DNA of 64,000 nt, taken from contig MWYZ01000108.1 in the NCBI GenBank assembly GCA_002050365.1, positions 16,754-80,753 on the forward strand, written 5' to 3'. The DNA is from Acidobacteria bacterium 28-1 (GTDB taxonomy: Bacteria > Acidobacteriota > Blastocatellia > Pyrinomonadales > Pyrinomonadaceae). Below, one piece after another: positions 1 to 8,749 of the stretch. Under the pieces are notes generated by a model. It did not search any database, was not told the origin of the DNA, and saw nothing but the letters and a program-made list of their open reading frames with translations. Both the position numbers and the translations under genes were made by a program. Position 1 is the stretch's first letter. Every line of letters starts with the position of its first letter.

Positions 1-1805
1 CGGTTGAAATCTCCGGCTTCGATAAGGTCGAAAATCACATTGGTTTTTTTCTTGCTGACATAAACATAACCGCTCCTGTAAGCCGCAATATATTTTTCAT
101 AAACGGCAATAAAACGTCCGAGCGTTTTGCGAAACGCTTCAAAGCTGCTTTCCAGCCGTTTGACGAGCAAAACCTTCATAAATCCGGCAAGGTTGTTTTG
201 CGCCGTCACCGTGTTTTCGTCCAGTTCGCCTCTAAAATACTTTTCGACTAAAGGACGATAACGCGCGTATGTGATTTGTTTGGCAATGCGTTCAATAGTG
301 CGAGTGAAAATTTCGTTTTCGCGTTTTGACAGTTCGTAATAAACCGATTGCGGCGTTTCGACTTCGGGAAATTTTAGATTTTGTTTGGTTAAATCTTCGT
401 CGTAAAACCTTGAAATCTCGCTGCGCGTTCGGCGAACCATCAGATATTTCAAAATTCTTTCACGAACTTCGCGGGCGTTTTCGCGCATTACTCTAAGATA
501 TTCTTCGCGGTCGGCGACGCGATGATATTGGCTCAAACGGCTATTCAGATTGCGAAAGAAATTATCCAGATTCGGCAGATTCGGCAAAGTGCTGCTGCGC
601 GAATTTTGGAAAAGTTTGAGCTGGCTCAAAAGGTCGTTCGGGCGATTATTAAAAGGCGTTGCCGTTACCAGAACGACTTTCTTGTTGCGGCAAATGCGGT
701 GCAGTTTGGCGTAAGTTTCATTGTCTTCGTTGCGAAAACGATGCGCTTCGTCAATGAAAACGTATTGAAACTTGCTCAAATCAAGTTTCAAAATTGCGTC
801 GAGTTTTCCAACGGATTCGGCGTGAAAGCCGCGCACGCCGAAATCGTGAAAAACATTTTGCCACGCGCCCGGATTGTTTTTATCAATCAGCGCGGGCGGC
901 GCGATAACAAGGCTTCTGCCATTTAACTCACGCGCCAGCATTGCTGCCATATAAGTTTTGCCCAAACCGACGACATCAGCCAGAAAAACGCCGTCGTATT
1001 CTTCAACAATACGTTTCGCAGTCAGAACGGCATCGTGTTGATATTGCAGCCGCATAAAATTTTCCGGCTGATAATCCTGGTCAAGCTCGCGCGGACTGTT
1101 GAGTTCGGTCCGAAAGTATTCGTAAAGAAATTTAAGATAAAGTTCAAACGGGGAAAACTGCGCTAAGTGTGATTCGTTTTTAACTGTGCGAACGAAATTT
1201 TCTGAAACTTCAACCGAATCCTTCCATAATTCTTCAAACTTAGCGGCAGCAAATTCATAATCAGAACGATTTTTCAATTCAACATTAAACTCTAAATTGT
1301 CATGCAAACCTGAAAGTGAAAGATTGCTTGAGCCGGTAATCACGCGACCTTTATCAACTTGGTCAGAATTAAAGGTAAAAATATAAAGTTTAGCGTGGAT
1401 TTTATGTTTGTCGTAGGCGCGAACTTCGACTTTGCCTTCCGCGCACCAACGAACGAACTGCTCAATTCCTGTTTCAACTTCGGCTGTTTCTTCTGCCGTT
1501 TCGAGTTGTTCCAAAACAACTTTGCTAAATTCTTTAACTGTTTCAGAATTTGAATGAAAATCAAATTCAGGTTGTATCTTAGCTCGTTGAAGTGCTTTGA
1601 GAACTTGGCTTTCTGTTTCAAGTCCAATCAAAATGCGAATTTTCTCACAAGGCTCAAGTGATTTTCTGATTAGATAAAAACCGCTTAAATAAAAATATCC
1701 GACAAGACAATCAAAGCGGTTTGATTTTGACAAAAGATTACTTAGGCGCGTTGAAAGTTTGCGTTCATCTTCATTCGTTAAAAATGTTATGTCTGAATTT
1801 ACCAA
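1..1805 (-). CDS. PLD-like (HKD) nuclease domain fused to SNF2/DEAH-type helicase; 3' end lies outside the window
   Basis: Not in the ORF track because it runs off the window. Hand translation of the minus strand from TTG 1805 (in-frame TAG at 1811-1809 just upstream) gives LVNSDITFLTNEDERKL... It then shows HKIHAKLYIF...VITGSSNLSLSG (PLD/HKD-type, near 1340), helicase motif I DVVGLGKTY (near 968), motif II FIDEAH (near 752) and VLVTATP. The three motifs whose positions I checked (near 1343, 968 and 752) share one reading frame. Confidence 0.8.
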   Translation of the reverse strand, partial: MVNSDITFLTNEDERKLSTRLSNLLSKSNRFDCLVGYFYLSGFYLIRKSLEPCEKIRILIGLETESQVLKALQRAKIQPEFDFHSNSETVKEFSKVVLEQLETAEETAEVETGIEQFVRWCAEGKVEVRAYDKHKIHAKLYIFTFNSDQVDKGRVITGSSNLSLSGLHDNLEFNVELKNRSDYEFAAAKFEELWKDSVEVSENFVRTVKNESHLAQFSPFELYLKFLYEYFRTELNSPRELDQDYQPENFMRLQYQHDAVLTAKRIVEEYDGVFLADVVGLGKTYMAAMLARELNGRSLVIAPPALIDKNNPGAWQNVFHDFGVRGFHAESVGKLDAILKLDLSKFQYVFIDEAHRFRNEDNETYAKLHRICRNKKVVLVTATPFNNRPNDLLSQLKLFQNSRSSTLPNLPNLDNFFRNLNSRLSQYHRVADREEYLRVMRENAREVRERILKYLMVRRTRSEISRFYDEDLTKQNLKFPEVETPQSVYYELSKRENEIFTRTIERIAKQITYARYRPLVEKYFRGELDENTVTAQNNLAGFMKVLLVKRLESSFEAFRKTLGRFIAVYEKYIAAYRSGYVYVSKKKTNVIFDLIEAGDFN

Positions 1806-2171
1806 AATCTAAGAGTGTTGCAGGACTAAGTTTGACTCTCTAAACGAAGGATTATTTAGAGAGTAAAGAAAATGTAAATAATATTTTTACAACACTCAAA
1901 AATTTTGTTTTCAGAGATAGTAAAAACTTATGATTACTTCGTAAGAAACCCGTAAAAATATGTCAGTTACACATTCAAAAAATTCAACTACAAGGCTAAG
2001 AATGGGTAATAAACTAAAAGGCGGTAACTATTATAGGAAACTTTAGAGGAAACCTGCAACAGTTAAGACCGCCTATTTTTTTAAGGTAGCTTTATCATTA
2101 TTAAAAGAAAACTTTTATCGTTTCAAACACACAGGTCTAAAACCTTGCAATCAAATTGCATGTTTTACTTC

Positions 2172-2894
2172 TTAGAGCAAAATTAGCCCGCGCCGCAGGG
2201 CTTGCGTAACTGCTTCGGTGCGCGTGTTCACGCCGAGTTTGCTGAAAATCGAGGCGACGTGAAACTTGACCGTGTGTTCCGAAATACGTAACCGGTAGGC
2301 AATGACTTTATTACTTTCGCCCTCGACAAGAAACTCTAAAACCTCTCGTTCGCGCGGGGTTAAATCCTCAACCGCCTCGCCCGACAAACCTTTCTTTACG
2401 TTCGGCAAATAATCTTCGCTTGTAATCGAAGAAACGAGCGTTTCTAAAATTTCCGGCGACGCAACGATTAAATTGTTCGCCGCCGCGCCTATTGCCGCGA
2501 TGATTTCGCCCGCTGTTGCCTCCGCCAGCAGAATTCCGCGCACACCGTTTTGCAACAACTCGACTGCTTGCTCCGAGTTCTGAAAATCAGTTGAAAGAAG
2601 CGCGACAACAGACGGGGAACTTGTATCTTCGCCGTCGCCGCTCAAAAATTCCGTCAAAGCAACCAACTGGCTGGGTTGTTCGACGTTCACTAAAAGCACG
2701 TCAAAAGTTTGACCGAATGAGAAAACGGACGGCGCGGCGAAAATCTCCGCCGCGCTGCCCGTGACAATCAATCTTTCATCAATTTGCAAAACCGCTTCCA
2801 AACCGGCGCGCGCGATTGGCGAAGCCGCGACGATAAAAATTGTGATGATGTCGTTTTCACCGTTCATCGTTACCGGCAACCGCGTCGTCTCCAA
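2172..2894 (-). CDS. LuxR/FixJ-type transcriptional regulator with degenerate (pseudo-)receiver domain
   Basis: The C-terminus LTPREREVLEFLVEGESNKVIAYRLRISEHTVKFHVASIFSKLGV is a LuxR-type HTH. The N-terminus is CheY-like. Hand-aligned to NarL, the acidic pair (IFIVAASP), the phospho-acceptor Asp (VLLVNV) and the conserved Lys (GILLAEA) are all substituted. Confidence 0.8.
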   Translation of the reverse strand: METTRLPVTMNGENDIITIFIVAASPIARAGLEAVLQIDERLIVTGSAAEIFAAPSVFSFGQTFDVLLVNVEQPSQLVALTEFLSGDGEDTSSPSVVALLSTDFQNSEQAVELLQNGVRGILLAEATAGEIIAAIGAAANNLIVASPEILETLVSSITSEDYLPNVKKGLSGEAVEDLTPREREVLEFLVEGESNKVIAYRLRISEHTVKFHVASIFSKLGVNTRTEAVTQALRRGLILL

Positions 2895-3889
2895 CCGCTT
2901 CTGCCGCGCTCGCGCGTTCCGCTTTCCTGTGCGGGACGCTCGCCCAAAGTGATTTCCACTTCTTTGAGTTCGCCGCCGCGCAAGAGTTTTGCCTTAACCG
3001 CGTCTCCGGCTTCTTTTCCCCAAAGGGCGGCTTGCACGTCCTCGGGGTCGAGCGTCGTTTTGTCGTCAATCGCCAGCAGAACATCGCCGATTAAAACACC
3101 GGCTTTCTCCGCCGCACCGTCCGCTTCAACCGTCAACATCATCAATCCGCTCGATTGCTCTAAATTTAAACGCTGACGTAGATTTTCAGAAATTGGAACG
3201 GCTTGCGTGCCGATTCCCAAATACGGTCGGGGGATTGTGCCTTTTGTTAATAAAACGTCAACTACGCGATTGACCGTTTCCGACGGAATGGTCAACGCCA
3301 GCCCGCGCCCGTATGCGGAAGTATTCACGCCCAAAACTTTTCCGTCCGCATTGATTAACGCGCCGCCGGAAAAACCGAGACGAATCGCCAAATCAAGCGC
3401 AATAAAGCGTTCGATTTCGTCGCCTCGCCACGTTCGCCACGCGCCGCCGATTCGATTAACTACTCCGAAACTCGCCGCCACAGCGCCGCCTTCTGCGCTC
3501 GTGCATCCGACCGCCAACACGAGATTGCCGACTTTGATTTTCGATGTTTCCGCAATCTCCGCCGATTTTAATGATTTGGCAATCGCTTCGTCATCAATTT
3601 TTAAGACGGCGAGGTCGCATCCCGCGTCGCGTCCGACGAGCGTTGCCGCCGTCGTCCGCCCGTCTTCAAGCGCGACGGTGATATTGTCGTCGCGGTGAAT
3701 CGTGTGATTAGTCGAAACAATCACACCGCCTTCGCGCCAGACGATGCCGCTCGTCGCCACGCGCGGGCGAGCGTCAATCGCCACGATTGATTGGGCGACA
3801 TTTTCAACCGCCTCGGTGATTTGTGCGGAAAAATCAGACAATTTGTTTCCGCTTTCTGTATTTTTTGTTTCCATTTTTATAAACTCCAT
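2870..3889 (-). CDS. S1C (HtrA/DegP-like) trypsin-like serine protease with C-terminal PDZ domain
   Basis: Catalytic-triad contexts are TNHTIH, DLAVLKI and GFSGGALIN. A PDZ-like segment reads GLMMLTVEADGAAEKAGVLIGDVLLAIDD. No obvious signal peptide. The 3' end overlaps the regulator gene by 25 nt. Confidence 0.85.
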   Translation of the reverse strand: MEFIKMETKNTESGNKLSDFSAQITEAVENVAQSIVAIDARPRVATSGIVWREGGVIVSTNHTIHRDDNITVALEDGRTTAATLVGRDAGCDLAVLKIDDEAIAKSLKSAEIAETSKIKVGNLVLAVGCTSAEGGAVAASFGVVNRIGGAWRTWRGDEIERFIALDLAIRLGFSGGALINADGKVLGVNTSAYGRGLALTIPSETVNRVVDVLLTKGTIPRPYLGIGTQAVPISENLRQRLNLEQSSGLMMLTVEADGAAEKAGVLIGDVLLAIDDKTTLDPEDVQAALWGKEAGDAVKAKLLRGGELKEVEITLGERPAQESGTRERGRSGWRRRGCR

Positions 3890-3967
3890 TTTAACTTAAT
3901 CGAAAGAAATTAATTTTTTCTTTTGTTAAATGAATTATGACGGAAACAAACCGTCCGCACATCAGCC

Positions 3968-4008
3968 ATTCGGCTAGGAGAGAAAGCAGTGAATTCGGCT
4001 AGGAGAGA
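3968..4008. promoter_or_regulatory. Two identical 16-nt direct repeats ATTCGGCTAGGAGAGA in a divergent promoter region
   Basis: Exact copies at 3968-3983 and 3993-4008 (start-to-start 25 nt). They lie about 80-120 nt upstream of the minus-strand ATG at 3889 and about 115-155 nt upstream of the plus-strand start at 4123. Confidence 0.35.
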
Positions 4009-4122
4009 TTTAACCTTTCTCGGACCCGGCAAGTTTGTTATTTAAAACTTCTTGTTTGCCGGAACAAAATAAAGACGTAGTAAAGTATCCCTTTTAGAAG
4101 TGTGTAATCAAAATCAAGTTTT

Positions 4123-4701
4123 ATGTTCACTTTCTCCGAGCCGTCCGACGCGCAGATTGAAAATTTTCTTGCCGAGCAGCGAGATTTGCCATTCTCATAC
4201 GGGGAAGTCGGCGCATCGCAAAACACAATTCCGTCCGGCTATCCAATCAATCATCACCGCGTTCAAATAGGTAATGGAGATAATACTTTCGCTCGCGCCA
4301 AAAACGCGATTCAAAATTGGGCGATGTATGAGCTCAAATGGACGCGGCTTTATCCGTCTCATACGCCGGTTGCCGCCCGTGAAGTCGTCTGCGTGGTCGT
4401 CAATCACGGTTTTTGCTGGTCTCTAAATCCGTGCCGAATTATTTATACCCTAGAAGAAAAAGGAGAAGTTGAGCGATTTGGTTTCGCGTTCGGAACGCTG
4501 CCCGGGCATTCTGAAGAAGGCGAAGAAAGATTCGTCGTCGAATGGCATCACGCGGACGATTCGGTTTGGTATGAGCTTTTTTCATTCGCCCGCCCGCATC
4601 ACATTTTAGCCAAAATCGGTTTTCCGTTTGTCCGATTAACACAGCAGCGTTTTGGAAAAGATTCGGAAGGCGCGATGCTGAAAGCTGTGATTAAAAGTTA
4701 A
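4123..4701 (+). CDS. DUF1990 family protein
   Basis: 192-aa ORF. The N-terminal pattern LPFSYGEVGAS...PSGY..HHRVQIGNGDNTFARAKNAIQNWAMY matches my recollection of DUF1990 proteins. No signal peptide or TM segment. Confidence 0.65.
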   Translation: MFTFSEPSDAQIENFLAEQRDLPFSYGEVGASQNTIPSGYPINHHRVQIGNGDNTFARAKNAIQNWAMYELKWTRLYPSHTPVAAREVVCVVVNHGFCWSLNPCRIIYTLEEKGEVERFGFAFGTLPGHSEEGEERFVVEWHHADDSVWYELFSFARPHHILAKIGFPFVRLTQQRFGKDSEGAMLKAVIKS

Positions 4702-4968
4702 AGAAAAAGAGAAATAACTCTGTTAGACGAATCGTTATTAAACAAATCGTTGATGCAGGTGAAAACAATAATTGAAATTAGATGGAATATAATGAAAATA
4801 TGAAGGGCGCGAATTATTTTAAGAGTGATGCTTCCCGAAAATTAAAATTCCTTCGATGCCGAGCGCAGATTGTTATTTTTGCCGCAAATCATTCACAAAT
4901 TTTGCAAGATGTAGGAATATGAAAAGACATCGGGGAATAAATCGAAACTTATAGTTGATTTTATAATT

Positions 4969-5259
4969 ATGTCTTTACAGTATTTGAAAGAAGCCGTGTC
5001 AAACGACGACACAGAAAAGCTGATTCGCTACGTGCGCCTACATTTCGGCGACGGCAGCGAAGCGGCGGGGAAGAAAGAAATTGATAAAGCGTGGATTGAA
5101 GCCTTGAAACTGCTGCTCGACGTTCCCGCAACGAAGCGCGAATTTATTTTGCAAACTTTAGCTGAAAACGACGCGGCGACGCTCGCGCATCTTTTCTTTC
5201 ATCTACATTTTTATTTTGTCGAGCGTTCGGGAGAGTGGATTCACGATGGACGAGTCTAA
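4969..5259 (+). CDS. Hypothetical small protein
   Basis: 96-codon ATG ORF immediately upstream of the GrdB-family gene, overlapping it by 14 nt in another frame. No recognisable motif. Confidence 0.35.
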   Translation: MSLQYLKEAVSNDDTEKLIRYVRLHFGDGSEAAGKKEIDKAWIEALKLLLDVPATKREFILQTLAENDAATLAHLFFHLHFYFVERSGEWIHDGRV

Positions 5260-6067
5260 AGAAAACGATTCACCGCAACTTCGTCCCGGTTTATGGGCGA
5301 CGGTCAATGAACGCTATCCGGGTTCGATGATTACGAAAAGCGATTTTATTCCGCTGGCGAAATTGAAAAAACCTTTGTCAGAATCACGCTTGACTTTTGT
5401 CAGTACGGCGGGCGTTCAGCCAAAAGGCAGTTTGCCGTTCGACACGGTTCATCCGGTCGGTGATTATACTTTTCGGCGCGTGCCTGCCGATTCAAAGCCT
5501 GAAGATTTAGAAATCCATCAACTTAAATATCCGACTGTCGGCGCAGATAAAGATTTAAATGTTATTTTTCCGATTGAGCGACTTCAGGAATTAGCAAAGG
5601 AAAAAATTATCGGCGAACTTGCCCCGAATTTCTTTTCGTTTATCGGCTACAATATGAATCCCGAAATGCTCGAAGAAAAACTGGCGGAAGACATCGCCGA
5701 AGCGGTCAAAGTGGAAGGCTCGGACATTGCACTGCTCGCGCCCGCCTGACCGATTTGCCATCAGAGCATTGCGCTGGTTCAGCGCGCCATCGAAAAGAGA
5801 GGAATTCCGACCGTTTCAATTAGTGTTGCTTTAGATGTAACCGAACACGTCAAACCGCCGCGCGCCGTCTTCGTGCCGTTTATGATGGGACATCACTTCG
5901 GCGTGCCGTTTCACACCGAATTACAGCGAAGAATTATTCTCGAAGCATTAGATTTTTTAATGGCGGCGGAGCGAAGCGGAGAAGTGAAAATGCTGCCGCT
6001 AAAATGGGCGCAGGCGCGGCGCGAAGCGATTGAAATCAAGCGGAAACTCAAATTAAGGAAAGACTAA
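5246..6067 (+). CDS. Glycine/sarcosine/betaine/D-proline reductase selenoprotein-B-family protein; candidate selenoprotein with in-frame UGA at 5747-5749
   Basis: Track ORFs 5216..5749 and 5873..6067 are in the same frame, and there is no further stop between 5750 and 5872. Read-through gives ...SDIALLAPA-U-PICHQSIALVQRAIEKRGIPTVSISVALD..., a UxxC motif. ATG 5246 follows a GGGAGAG RBS. Confidence 0.6.
5771..5785 (+). other. Candidate SECIS-like hairpin GCGCUG-GUU-CAGCGC
   Basis: Perfect 6-bp stem with a 3-nt GUU loop, starting 22 nt after UGA 5747-5749. Confidence 0.35.
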
Positions 6068-6102
6068 AATTTATTGACCTGTAAATTATTTGAAGGATAA
6101 AA

Positions 6103-7047
6103 ATGTCGGACAAAATTATCGTCGGAATCGTCCAAGCGAGTCCGGTTTTTATGAATCTCGAAGCGAGTCTCGCCAAAGCCATCGCGTTAATTCAGCAGGC
6201 GGCGGAGCAAGGCGCAAAGCTCGTCGCGTTTGGCGAAACGTGGCTCGCCGGTTATCCGGCGTGGCTCGATTATTGTCCGAACGCCGCGCTCTGGAATCAC
6301 GAGCCGACGAAAGAAGTTTTCGCCCGACTGCGCCGCAACAGCGTCGTCGTGCCGGGACTGGAAACCGAAATGCTCAGCGAGGTTGCCGCCAAATACGGCG
6401 TTGTTTTAGTCGTCGGAATCAACGAACGAATCGAACGCGGCGCGGGCAACGGGACGCTTTACAATTCTTTGCTTACTTTCGGCGCGGACGGAGCGATTCT
6501 GAATCATCATCGCAAACTCGTCCCGACTTATACCGAGCGATTGGTTTGGGGGCAAGGTGACGCGGCGGGACTCGAAGCAGTTGAAACGAATGCGGGAAGG
6601 GTCGGCGGACTTATTTGCTGGGAACATTGGATGCCGCTCGCGCGTCAAGCAATGCATAATTCCGGCGAAGACGTTCACATCGCGGTTTTTCCGACCGTTC
6701 ATGAAACGCATCAGATTGCCAGCCGTCATTACGCTTTTGAAGGTAGATGTTTTGTATTAGCGGCGGGCTTGCTGATGAAAGCCGGCGATTTGCCGGCGGA
6801 ACTCGCGGCGGGAACTGAATCAGAAAATACGCCCGAAAAATTTCTTCTGCGTGGCGGAAGCTGCGTCATCGCGCCCGACGGCACTTACGTTGTCGAGCCG
6901 ATTTTCGACGAGGAGAAAATTATCGTCGCCGAACTCGATTTAACAATCATTGACCGGGAAAAAATGACGCTCGACGTTTCCGGTCATTACTCGCGCCCGG
7001 ACGTTTTCGATTTGAAAATTAATCGCAGTTCGCGGCGTGAAAAATAA
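6103..7047 (+). CDS. Nitrilase / carbon-nitrogen hydrolase family protein
   Basis: Glu-Lys-Cys triad contexts are FGETW, HRKLVP and GGLICWEHWMP. The size (314 aa) is typical of branch-1 nitrilases. Confidence 0.9.
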   Translation: MSDKIIVGIVQASPVFMNLEASLAKAIALIQQAAEQGAKLVAFGETWLAGYPAWLDYCPNAALWNHEPTKEVFARLRRNSVVVPGLETEMLSEVAAKYGVVLVVGINERIERGAGNGTLYNSLLTFGADGAILNHHRKLVPTYTERLVWGQGDAAGLEAVETNAGRVGGLICWEHWMPLARQAMHNSGEDVHIAVFPTVHETHQIASRHYAFEGRCFVLAAGLLMKAGDLPAELAAGTESENTPEKFLLRGGSCVIAPDGTYVVEPIFDEEKIIVAELDLTIIDREKMTLDVSGHYSRPDVFDLKINRSSRREK

Positions 7048-7048
7048 T

Positions 7049-7315
7049 TTACCGGGAAAGATTTTCTAAAATTTGCCGGGCTGACGTGGCTTGCAAAACA
7101 TCGAATTGCGGATTGAGCGCAAGCGCGCGGTTAATAAATTCGCCCGCCGCCGTTTTATCGCCGCCAGCGCGGGCAATCATTCCGGCGTGATAGAAAAGTT
7201 TCGCGTCCCCGGTATTCAATCGCAAAGCGTCTTTTATCGCCGCTTGCGTTTCACTAAACTTGCCTACCTTTAATGCCGAACTGAAGTTTCCCGTGCCAGA
7301 CATTTGAATGAACAT
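7049..7315 (-). CDS. Short TPR-type protein, homologous only to the C-terminal tail of the 10282..11646 TPR protein (possible gene remnant)
   Basis: DAKLFYHAGMIARAGGDKTAAGEFINRALALNPQFDVLQATSARQILENL aligns with DARLFYHAGMIEQALGNRRNAIKHLQLALKINPSFDILQAEVARQTLRAI at the end of the 458-aa protein. It starts 7 nt after the SOD stop codon. Confidence 0.45.
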   Translation of the reverse strand: MFIQMSGTGNFSSALKVGKFSETQAAIKDALRLNTGDAKLFYHAGMIARAGGDKTAAGEFINRALALNPQFDVLQATSARQILENLSR

Positions 7316-7322
7316 CTAGCAC

Positions 7323-8051
7323 CTATTTGTCATCATCAGCGGCGTTATTGTCTGAAACTAGCTCGATGATACCGCACGCGATCCGCGCACCACCGGATGC
7401 ACCGGTAACGCCGGTGATACCTCGATCTGGATCCAAATGGATGATGACCGCGCTGCCGTCCAGATCAAACACACTGAGAGGACCGGGTGAGAGTGTGATC
7501 CGGCTCGTCGTATGTTGGAGAAATCCGTGTCCGGTTGCATCAACAATGAGATTGGGGACGTCACCCGTATGGTAAGGGTGGTTAGCGTCCACGGGGGTTG
7601 AACTACCAAACGGTCCGGGGTCGAAGTGTCCACCAGCGGTCGTAAAGCCAGGGAGTTCGCATCTTCCAACCTCATGGATATGCATTCCGTGCGCTCCTGG
7701 CGTCAAAACGCCATTTGGTCCGTTAATCCGTGCCACAATTTCCACGGTTGGCTCGGGGAAGTTTCTAAATCCGGGAGCAGTTGGCGGAGCCGTAGGGCCC
7801 GGCGTGGGGCATCCCGGACATTGCGGCTGCCTAAAAGTGACTACGCCTGCAATACCTGAACTAGGAGCGCCATGGACAAACGCGCGAGCAAGCACAGGGT
7901 TAGATTGTTTGTTCTCATTGTTTTTGCTAGGTCTGGCACTATTAACAGCCCAGACATTTCCCAGAAGCCATATTGTTCCGAGAAGACATGCAACGAGAAA
8001 ACAGCCGACGAACAGTTTAGTGATTAGTCTCATATTACTGATTAGTTTCAT
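7323..8051 (-). CDS. sodC: Cu/Zn superoxide dismutase family protein, exported
   Basis: Motifs HGMHIHEVGRCE, GGHFDPG, NHPYHTGDVPN, AVIIHLDPD and GGARIACGII. An N-terminal hydrophobic signal/anchor reads LFVGCFLVACLLGTIWLLG. Confidence 0.9.
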   Translation of the reverse strand: MKLISNMRLITKLFVGCFLVACLLGTIWLLGNVWAVNSARPSKNNENKQSNPVLARAFVHGAPSSGIAGVVTFRQPQCPGCPTPGPTAPPTAPGFRNFPEPTVEIVARINGPNGVLTPGAHGMHIHEVGRCELPGFTTAGGHFDPGPFGSSTPVDANHPYHTGDVPNLIVDATGHGFLQHTTSRITLSPGPLSVFDLDGSAVIIHLDPDRGITGVTGASGGARIACGIIELVSDNNAADDDK

Positions 8052-8340
8052 ATGTTTTCCTTCCTTCCTTTCTGATTAAGATTTGGTTTAATTAGACCAC
8101 CAATAACAGTATCATTCCATACGATACGACTCTTAGCGGTATCACGGCGGAATTGACGTGGGGCGAAACCGAATCCACGCAACTCAAAGTTTAACGGACG
8201 ACGCGATAACAAAGTCGCTGTTTTGCGCTCACGTCCAATGGTAGGATGAAAGACGGGCTTTTGTCCGATTTCATCCAACTTGTTCTTTGACAGTCAATCG
8301 CATTGTTTTTCCTTCTAACGCAAAAAGCAGGTTTTATTCA

Positions 8341-8613
8341 ATGCAGCAATCTATTTTCGTTGGTTTGGACTTGGGTTCGAGCCATTGTCATCAAACCGTT
8401 ATCAATTCCGACGGTGTGCTTGTCCGTTCGCGCTCCATCCCGACTTCGGAACAGCATCTGCGACTCGCTTTTGCCGATTTGGGTAATGATGTTCACCTTC
8501 ACGCCGAAGCCTCGGAACTCGCCGCTTGGTCGCCTTCGATCATCAGTCGGCTAGTCAGCCGATTTGTCATCTCACATCCCCCTTCATTGGCTTGGATTGC
8601 CAAAGATTCCCAA
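8341..8613 (+). pseudogene. Truncated IS110-family (DEDD) transposase N-terminal fragment
   Basis: MQQSIFVGLDLGSSHCHQTVINSDG...HLHAEASELAAW...FVISHPPSLAWIAKDSQ resembles the IS110 N-terminal domain (VGIDV.K......D..G, .mEATG, VvnP...k.fa). The rest of the transposase is missing, and the track ORF continues into unrelated sequence. Confidence 0.5.
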
Positions 8614-8749
8614 GCAAGTATTACCGAGTTCAGGGCGAAAGTTGCTAGAACCAATCCACAAATTGCCATTAGCTTAAACGCTAGGTTTGAGCCGTTTTCT
8701 GATTTCTTACCCGTCGCTTTCCGCGCTCTTTCGTCATTTATTTTCTTTA

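Noticed and set aside
5747-5749. Whether TGA is globally reassigned (code 4/25-like), which would explain both in-frame TGAs.
   Set aside because: Many well-delimited genes here end at TGA exactly where family homology ends (for example hypE at 34982, pntB at 31778, the fourth membrane protein at 52807). TGA is therefore a normal stop, and only context-specific recoding is plausible.
6090-6560. A 156-codon alternative-frame ORF at the start of the nitrilase gene.
   Set aside because: It is an Arg/Ser-rich overlapping frame. The nitrilase frame carries the full catalytic-triad motifs.
8048-8278. A 76-codon TTG-started ORF overlapping the sodC start.
   Set aside because: It has no SD, Arg-rich composition and no recognisable motif. 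It is more likely the sodC leader or IS-associated debris.
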